Source: an uncultured bacterium
Lineage (GTDB): Bacteria > Patescibacteriota > Minisyncoccia > UBA6257 > 2-01-FULL-56-20
Direction: 5' to 3'
Assembly (NCBI GenBank): GCA_963844965.1
Contig: CAWJQC010000004.1
Location: 96,001 to 160,000, forward strand
DNA length: 64,000 bases
The notes below the pieces were generated by a model. The model had not been told where the DNA came from, searched no databases, and saw only the letters and a program-made list of their open reading frames with translations. Numbering within the stretch: position 1 is the stretch's first letter; the number at the start of each line of letters is the position of its first letter. This document shows positions 57,985 to 64,000 of the stretch, one piece after another. The position numbers were made by a program, and so were the translations under genes.

Positions 57985-59805
57985 CTAACCAGCGGAGTTG
58001 TCCGTTGACTTCTTGTTTTCAGGCGGCGCGACTTGCAGCGAAAAAGTGAAGGTTGAACCCTTGCCTTCCCCGGCGGATTCCGCCCAGATCGTCCCTCCCA
58101 TTTTCTCCACCGTTTCCCTCACGATGAAAAGACCGAGGCCCGTCCCCGTGATGCCCTTGGTTTGGTCCGTTTGCACGCGGTAAAACTTCTGGAAAAGTTT
58201 CGTCTGCGCTTCCTTGGAAATGCCGAATCCCGTATCTTTCACGCGCGTTATTAAATTATCGCCGTAGATCTCATGAGTGATGATGACCCTTCCGCCGGGA
58301 TCGCTGTACTTTATAGAGTTACCCACTAAATTAACAATAATTTCCTTCAACCGCTCGGAGTCGGCCATAACTTTCGGAATGTTTTCCGGTATTTCGTAAA
58401 GCATCTCCGTCTTATTTTGATCGGCCAATGATTTCAGCTCGCCTAACGCCGAATCAATCGCCTCGGTTATGTCCACCGGCGAGACCTTGATCATGAGCCG
58501 TCCCGCTTCCGAACGGGAAACATCAAGAAGGTCGTTCACAAGCTGGATCAGGCGCTGGTTGGAATTGATAACCTTATTCACGAATTCCTTCGTCTTATCC
58601 GTGATGGGCCCCGTAAGGCCGTCGCGTATGAGGGTAAGATATCCCTTCATCGCCGCAACCGGCGTCCGAAGTTCGTGGGCGGCGATGAAGACGAATTCGT
58701 CTTTCAATTGCTGCAGTTGTTTCAGCCCGGCAATCATTTTATTGAACGCTTGTCCCAGTTCCTCAAGCTCGTCTCCGCTTTTGATATCAACACTCTCATC
58801 AAACTTCCCCTCCGCGACAAGTCTCGTTCCTTCCTCCAGTTTGCGCACGGGGCGGACAATAACCACGGCCAGCGCTATGCTCGCGATAATGACCGCAAAA
58901 AGCACGAAGGCCGAAACGGCGACATCCTTATACATGAGGTCGTTGACGCTCGCGTCCGCTTCCTTAGCCGGCCACTCGGCTATCAGTCCCAGCTTAAAAT
59001 CGGGCAGATACTTGCCGGCGGCAACGACCTCTTCGCCAAAATAATTTTTGTAGCGACGCTGACCGTCGGCGCCGAGAAAATCCATCCCATTCACGGTTTC
59101 GGAAACAATTCCTATATTGCCCACAAAAGTGTACAAAGGAACCCTAAGACCTCCGCCGACAAGAACGCCCTTGCCATCAACGAGGTACAAATAACCGCTA
59201 TTGCCCAAGGAAACATTTTTAAGGATCGCCTGAATACCGGCCAAACTTATCTCACCGCGCGTCACGGAAATAATCTTCTTCTCGCTGTTCAAAACCGGGA
59301 AGGCAACGGTCATCATCGGGACGTTCGCGGTAAAGTAAAGAGGGCTTACGTAGTCGTCGCCCTTGATCGCCGCGAGGAACGCCTCGCTTTGGCTTTCGTC
59401 CTTTAGATCGGAGCCGGCAATGCCGCTGGGATTTTTCCTGTTTATCACGAAAGCTTCGGTTCCGGAAGTGTTCAGCCAGGCGAATTCCTGCAATTCCTGG
59501 TGAGAATTCATAGCGGCAATGGCGCCGATCTTCACTCCGTCCATGTCAACGCTCTCCAGCGTGACCGGGAATGGAACGTATGTTTTTATCCCGCCCTCCG
59601 CGCCGGCTATGAAATCTTCTATTTCGTTGTACTTCTGTTCAATCAGCGCGTTCTCCAGATTCGCCACGTCTATGCGGTGCGACAATGTGACGCTGTATAT
59701 GGACAAAAATGCTGCGATCAAAATCGGCAGCAAACCGACAAGCATCATCAATAAAAATATCTTATTGCGCAATTTGCCTCGCGGATGTGAAACCTCCTCG
59801 GCCAT
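57985..59805 (-). CDS. sensor histidine kinase (TM - extracytoplasmic sensor - HAMP - HisKA - HATPase_c)
   Basis: H-box FIAAHELRTPVAAMKGY; G-boxes DTGFGIS...GTGLGLFIV. Confidence 0.8.
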   Translation of the reverse strand: MAEEVSHPRGKLRNKIFLLMMLVGLLPILIAAFLSIYSVTLSHRIDVANLENALIEQKYNEIEDFIAGAEGGIKTYVPFPVTLESVDMDGVKIGAIAAMNSHQELQEFAWLNTSGTEAFVINRKNPSGIAGSDLKDESQSEAFLAAIKGDDYVSPLYFTANVPMMTVAFPVLNSEKKIISVTRGEISLAGIQAILKNVSLGNSGYLYLVDGKGVLVGGGLRVPLYTFVGNIGIVSETVNGMDFLGADGQRRYKNYFGEEVVAAGKYLPDFKLGLIAEWPAKEADASVNDLMYKDVAVSAFVLFAVIIASIALAVVIVRPVRKLEEGTRLVAEGKFDESVDIKSGDELEELGQAFNKMIAGLKQLQQLKDEFVFIAAHELRTPVAAMKGYLTLIRDGLTGPITDKTKEFVNKVINSNQRLIQLVNDLLDVSRSEAGRLMIKVSPVDITEAIDSALGELKSLADQNKTEMLYEIPENIPKVMADSERLKEIIVNLVGNSIKYSDPGGRVIITHEIYGDNLITRVKDTGFGISKEAQTKLFQKFYRVQTDQTKGITGTGLGLFIVRETVEKMGGTIWAESAGEGKGSTFTFSLQVAPPENKKSTDNSAG

Positions 59806-59904
59806 AGATAAATTATAGCAGATAATGAATGGTTCCGGGCCCCGCGTGGCGGCATTTGAGCATAAGCCGGCGACGGGTTAAAATGATTGATATAAGAAAG
59901 AGAG

Positions 59905-60618
59905 ATGCAAAAAATCCTGACGGTTAAAGATCTCAGCGTGAGCTTCGGCGAACAGAACGTGCTCGCCAATTTAAATTTTGACCTGGACAAAGGCGAAAAT
60001 CTGGCGGTCATCGGACCGAACGGCGCGGGAAAAACCGTGCTCCTGCGGGCGCTTTTGAACATGATCCCGTACAACGGCGAAATCTCCTGGGAGACGGGAA
60101 TACGCCTAGGCTACGTGCCGCAAAAGATAGAGGCCGACCGACACCTACCCATCAATCTGAAAAATCTTCTCGCGGCTAAAGCAAGTGTTCTTGGCCTGCC
60201 GAAATCGGATATAAAAACGGTGGTTGAAGCGACGAAGCTGACCGAAAAAATAATGACGACGCCCATCGGCCACCTCTCCGGCGGACAATTTCAGCTGGCG
60301 CTCATCGCCTTCGCGCTTCTCGGCCGCCCCGACGTGATACTTCTTGACGAGCCGACCGCGAGCATTGACCAGCTCGGCGAAGAACAGGTGTACGAACTGA
60401 TACACGAGCTTCAGGACAAATACGGCATCACCGTCATGCTCGTCACGCACGATCTGCATTTCGTGAACCATTACGCAACGAAAGTTTTGTGCATCAACAA
60501 AGCCGGCCTTTGTTACGGCACTCCCGAAGAAGCATTGACGCCGGAAATTTTGCACAAGCTCTACGGCGAACAGCACAAATACTACCACCACATGCATCAC
60601 CACGAACACGGCCAGTAA
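59905..60618 (+). CDS. znuC: ABC transporter ATP-binding protein, metal (Zn/Mn) uptake type, His-rich C-terminus
   Basis: GPNGAGKT, LSGGQ, LLDEP; tail YYHHMHHHEHGQ. Confidence 0.7.
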   Translation: MQKILTVKDLSVSFGEQNVLANLNFDLDKGENLAVIGPNGAGKTVLLRALLNMIPYNGEISWETGIRLGYVPQKIEADRHLPINLKNLLAAKASVLGLPKSDIKTVVEATKLTEKIMTTPIGHLSGGQFQLALIAFALLGRPDVILLDEPTASIDQLGEEQVYELIHELQDKYGITVMLVTHDLHFVNHYATKVLCINKAGLCYGTPEEALTPEILHKLYGEQHKYYHHMHHHEHGQ

Positions 60619-60645
60619 TTTCCAACAATATTCAAGTTTCAAAAC

Positions 60646-61413
60646 ATGCTTAGCGAAACATATTCAATAATTTTGGCGATATGCGCGGCGGCGGCGGCCG
60701 GCCTCGTCGGCGCTTTCGCGTTGATGAAAAAAACCGTGCTTGCCGGGGACGTAATGTCGCACGTCGCGATTCCCGGTTTGGGACTCGCCATCATCTGGCA
60801 CCTGAATCCCCTGCTCGGCGGCGGACTCACTCTTTTGGTTGGTGCGATTCTCATTTCGCAACTTGAAAGGAAAGCGGAACTGTCGTCGGAAGCGGCGATC
60901 GGCGTGATTTTCGCGAGTTCGGTCGCTCTGGGCGCGCTTCTCATCAACTCAAAGGAAGAACTGATAGACGCTCTCTTCGGTGGCTTCGGTAACTTATCCC
61001 TGAACGAATTTGTCTTCGGCGTCGCGGCAAGCGTTTTCATCGTCGTAGCACTTTGGCTTCTCCGCAACCGGCTCATCATCAGATTGTTCTCGGAGGACCT
61101 GGCAACCGCGACAAATATAAAATTGGGCGCTTTGAATCTCTGGTTTCTCCTTCTTTTCGCGCTTGCCATCCTTTTGGGACTTAGATTTCTCGGCGCCCTA
61201 TTAGCCGGAGCTCTGATAATAGTCCCGGCCTCCGCCGCGAGGCAGCTCACGCACACCCTCGGCTGGTTTCTCACCTCCTCGGTAGCTCTTTCGGTGCTAT
61301 CAATGGTGCTTGGCTACGCCATTTCTTCGGTCTATGGACCGGAGCTCGGCCCGACAGTCGTTGTCGTCGCCGCGGCGCTTTTCGTCTTGAGCTTACTGAA
61401 AAAAAAGGAGTAA
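60646..61413 (+). CDS. znuB: ABC-3 family metal permease
   Basis: 8-TM ABC-3 pattern, paired with upstream ATPase. Confidence 0.7.
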   Translation: MLSETYSIILAICAAAAAGLVGAFALMKKTVLAGDVMSHVAIPGLGLAIIWHLNPLLGGGLTLLVGAILISQLERKAELSSEAAIGVIFASSVALGALLINSKEELIDALFGGFGNLSLNEFVFGVAASVFIVVALWLLRNRLIIRLFSEDLATATNIKLGALNLWFLLLFALAILLGLRFLGALLAGALIIVPASAARQLTHTLGWFLTSSVALSVLSMVLGYAISSVYGPELGPTVVVVAAALFVLSLLKKKE

Positions 61414-61473
61414 AAAAACCAAAAAGAGCGGCTTACTTGCCGCTCCCAAAAGCTCGCCAGGCGCGGAAGCGTA

Positions 61474-61890
61474 TCAATTATGGGCGGATTCGGAAAGATA
61501 ACCGCACAGCGTCTCGTGGATCTCGCCCGCCATCCTCCGTAAAAGTTCCCGGCGCTTCCAGAAAGAATTGTTCTCGGAGACCTCTTTGTTCCGGATCAGG
61601 CCGAGCTCGCGGATAGCCACATAACGATCGTGCCCAAGATCGTCCGTGGTGCGGATATCTATATCTTCAATCCCCTGATAGACCTGCTTCATAATGAAAT
61701 ATTTGGGAGAGAGCTCGGATGCCCGGCTACCCCTTTTCGCGCCTTTGAAAAAGACCGCAAACGACGGCGTGGATTCTATATATTGGACGAAATCGTGGAG
61801 TGAGACGAAAAAAGGAAAGCTCGCGGGAGTTTCACGGACAATTTTGAGTTTTTGATCAAGAACCAGCCTGACTTTTTCCGTTGTTGTCAT
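61474..61890 (-). CDS. hypothetical protein
   Basis: ORF only. Confidence 0.35.
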   Translation of the reverse strand: MTTTEKVRLVLDQKLKIVRETPASFPFFVSLHDFVQYIESTPSFAVFFKGAKRGSRASELSPKYFIMKQVYQGIEDIDIRTTDDLGHDRYVAIRELGLIRNKEVSENNSFWKRRELLRRMAGEIHETLCGYLSESAHN

Positions 61891-62191
61891 TTACCTTATT
61901 CTACCACGCCCGCGGTAAAATAGCCATATTCTGCGGGATGTCTTTGCCCGTTTCTTTGTTTTAACAAAGAAGTGCGGGCTTTGGAAAATTAACGCGGGGG
62001 GCGGGTTAGTGAATAACGATAGAACCTGTTTTGTGCAAAAAATCCAGCATTTTCAGGTGCCGAGTTGTTCATGATCAAGAAATGTTGAAGAAAAAATGTT
62101 CCAGCGGCCGGAGGATGTAGAACTTCCTGCCTTGGTTACTAGGCAGGAGAGAACCAGTTTATACCAGTTTATATAAGTAAACACACTTGTA

Positions 62192-62977
62192 TTAAAGCTG
62201 ATATTTTCGCTTAAACCTTTTTATCGCCTCTCTAGCGCCAGGCAAAGCTGTGGTGTTGTACAACTTACTTAGGTTGTCAAGAAAACTCGGACCAAATGAT
62301 TCCTCAAATAATTTAACAACGTCCTGGTTTTCAAGCGTCTCCCCGTTCAATAAAGCCTGCACCAATGCCTCCCAACACACGCGCTCGCTCTGCTGATTCT
62401 TAGTTGCCAACCTCTTTACCATGGCATTGACTAAAGAAACTTCTAGGTTATAGGAAAATCCTTGATCGCTTGCGACTGCCGTTTTGTATGCACTTACCCG
62501 ATCCTCGGGCCATCTTGATCGCTCTGCGTAAGCCACGGTGATTTCCCTGGAGAGCTTTTCCACTACGCCCTCGTTAAGCGCATCGAACAAGCAGCCGAAA
62601 TTACTGTTGCGGTATATGCTGCTGACTCGGCCCGACCTTCGGAAGTTGATGCCTTCTTCGCCCAACTTTCGAAACAGGCCGGATTGTTTATAGTCTACGT
62701 ATTCTTCGGTTCTTCGATCTGGGTGTTCGTAGGTATTCCACATACAGATATTTCGACTTACTGCATGCGTTTCCTCGTGTGCCAGCACAGCAAGCTGTAT
62801 TAACTCTGCCCCTCCGCATTTTTCAAGTTTCGCTTTTGCTGACTTCCGCCTTTTCGGATCCAAGTCAGAATAATCATCAACACGGCTAAGCACAATGACG
62901 TTGTTTTCCGGATTGTAGCTATGACCTGGACCCGCTATTTTAGACACAAAGGTCGAAACCAAGTACCATTGTGTCAT
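62192..62977 (-). CDS. HExxH zinc metallopeptidase-like protein (possibly ImmA/IrrE-like)
   Basis: LAVLAHEETHAV motif; start assumed at MTQWYL (listed ORF extends to 63100 across the opposite-strand recombinase). Confidence 0.4.
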   Translation of the reverse strand: MTQWYLVSTFVSKIAGPGHSYNPENNVIVLSRVDDYSDLDPKRRKSAKAKLEKCGGAELIQLAVLAHEETHAVSRNICMWNTYEHPDRRTEEYVDYKQSGLFRKLGEEGINFRRSGRVSSIYRNSNFGCLFDALNEGVVEKLSREITVAYAERSRWPEDRVSAYKTAVASDQGFSYNLEVSLVNAMVKRLATKNQQSERVCWEALVQALLNGETLENQDVVKLFEESFGPSFLDNLSKLYNTTALPGAREAIKRFKRKYQL

Positions 62978-64000
62978 GACTAACAAAAAGGGGCATCGTA
63001 TCCCCATGCTCCGCCGCATTGAGCGGGGCGAGGCGCAGGGTATCATCTGTTGGAAACTAGATCGAGTGGCACGCAATATGCAGGACGGCGGAAAGACCAT
63101 TGAACTCCTTAAACAAGGAGTGATCCAACATATTCGTGCCTTCGCAAGCAGTTACTATCCGCAAGACAACGTGCTCCTCATGTGCATAGAGTTCGGCATA
63201 GCTGACCAATATGTTCGCGATTTAAGTGCTAACACTTCGCGCGGATTGAGATACAAAGCAAGCTTGGGTATCTACCCCGGCCTCGCCCCGTTCGGATATA
63301 TAAACGATCCACAGACCAAGACCGTTATCGTAAACCGCAAGAACGCAAAGCTCGTCAAAAAAACTTTTGAGATTTACGCGACGGGCAAAGTCCGCCTTGA
63401 AAATCTTGCCGATCTTTGGGAGAAGGCGGGCGTCATGTCTAAAGGCAACCGTCGCGTCCATATTTCAAGAATGTCTTTCATTCTGCAAAATCCTTTCTAC
63501 TACGGACACTTTCGTTATTGCGGCGAGATACACGAAGGCAAGCATGAGCCAATCATTACGAAAGACCTCTACGATAAAGCGAACGCTGTCCTGCGAAGCC
63601 GAGGCCGTGTGCCGGACATTAAGAACGACCCAAGCCCTTACTGCGGCCTCCTGCGGTGCGGCGAGTGCGGTATGGGTATTACGGCCGAGGACAAGACAAA
63701 GCACCAAAAGAACGGCAACGTCCACCACTACGTTTATTACCGTTGTACCCGCAAATCGAAGACGCACAAGTGCCACGAAGCACCCGTGCGGAGCGAGATA
63801 CTGGATCGGCAGTTGTCGGCTCTTATCGCCGACTACGCCATGCCCAAAGAGTGGGTAGCCCCTTTGTCGGCTATGCTCGACCAAGAGGCCATAAACGCCA
63901 AACAGACGGCGTCGGTGGCCGTTCAAGAGTTGCGGGAGCAGGTGCAAGACCTTACCCGCGACCTCGCCAGACTTACCGATGTCTATGTTGCACAAGACAT
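62976..64000 (+). CDS. large serine recombinase, 5'-truncated (no catalytic Ser region) and running off the window end
   Basis: Manual translation ...LDRVARNMQDGGKTIELL...NDPQTKTVIVNRKNAKLVKK...CGLLRCGECGMGI...YYRCTRKSKTHKC..., homologous to 28085-29686; not in ORF track because there is no stop before window end. Confidence 0.6.
   Translation, partial: MTNKKGHRIPMLRRIERGEAQGIICWKLDRVARNMQDGGKTIELLKQGVIQHIRAFASSYYPQDNVLLMCIEFGIADQYVRDLSANTSRGLRYKASLGIYPGLAPFGYINDPQTKTVIVNRKNAKLVKKTFEIYATGKVRLENLADLWEKAGVMSKGNRRVHISRMSFILQNPFYYGHFRYCGEIHEGKHEPIITKDLYDKANAVLRSRGRVPDIKNDPSPYCGLLRCGECGMGITAEDKTKHQKNGNVHHYVYYRCTRKSKTHKCHEAPVRSEILDRQLSALIADYAMPKEWVAPLSAMLDQEAINAKQTASVAVQELREQVQDLTRDLARLTDVYVAQD

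Overview
This 64-kb window looks like a small-genome bacterium, possibly Candidate Phyla Radiation/Patescibacteria (inference only). Conserved housekeeping genes alternate with accessory islands. Housekeeping genes, left to right: recG (5' end cut by the window edge), tsaD, valS, rpmB, tRNA-Glu and tRNA-Pro, an r-protein/alpha-operon block (infA-rpmJ-rpsM-rpsK-rpsD-rpoA-rplQ-rplM-rpsI), alaS, rpoD, dnaG and a znuCB-like ABC pair. Accessory content: (1) two paralogous tail-fibre-like surface protein loci (2.2-4.9 kb and 8.5-13 kb) with GNVGIGT repeats, a peptidase S74-type C-terminal chaperone, a 76-aa tandem repeat, a type IV pilin, and 7-bp GGTAGTA arrays in leaders and signal peptides; (2) a toxin-antitoxin island (5.7-8.5 kb) with a duplicated ~600-bp RelE/ParE-antitoxin module (one toxin copy decayed) and two HicAB pairs; (3) a mobile region at the 3' end of tRNA-Pro (28-33 kb) with a large serine recombinase, an XRE regulator, nested long inverted repeats and an ArsR-thioredoxin-permease module; (4) an IS200/IS605 tnpA (47.3 kb); (5) a DUF11 giant surface protein, a CAP-domain protein and a second, 5'-truncated serine recombinase at the right edge. 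Unusual points: short GCAGAC/GTCTGC-rich palindromic oligo-repeats inserted in frame into recG, valS and a GT2 gene (in recG they bracket an inserted GxxExxY nuclease-like domain); a histidine-phosphatase domain inserted into valS; rpoA without an alpha-CTD; GTAGAAA heptamer hairpins immediately 5' of rpsM, rplQ and rplM. Several essential genes (valS, rpsI, rplM, dnaG) carry apparent frameshifts, mostly at homopolymers, so indel errors in the sequence are likely. No CRISPR array, rRNA or DGR reverse transcriptase was found.
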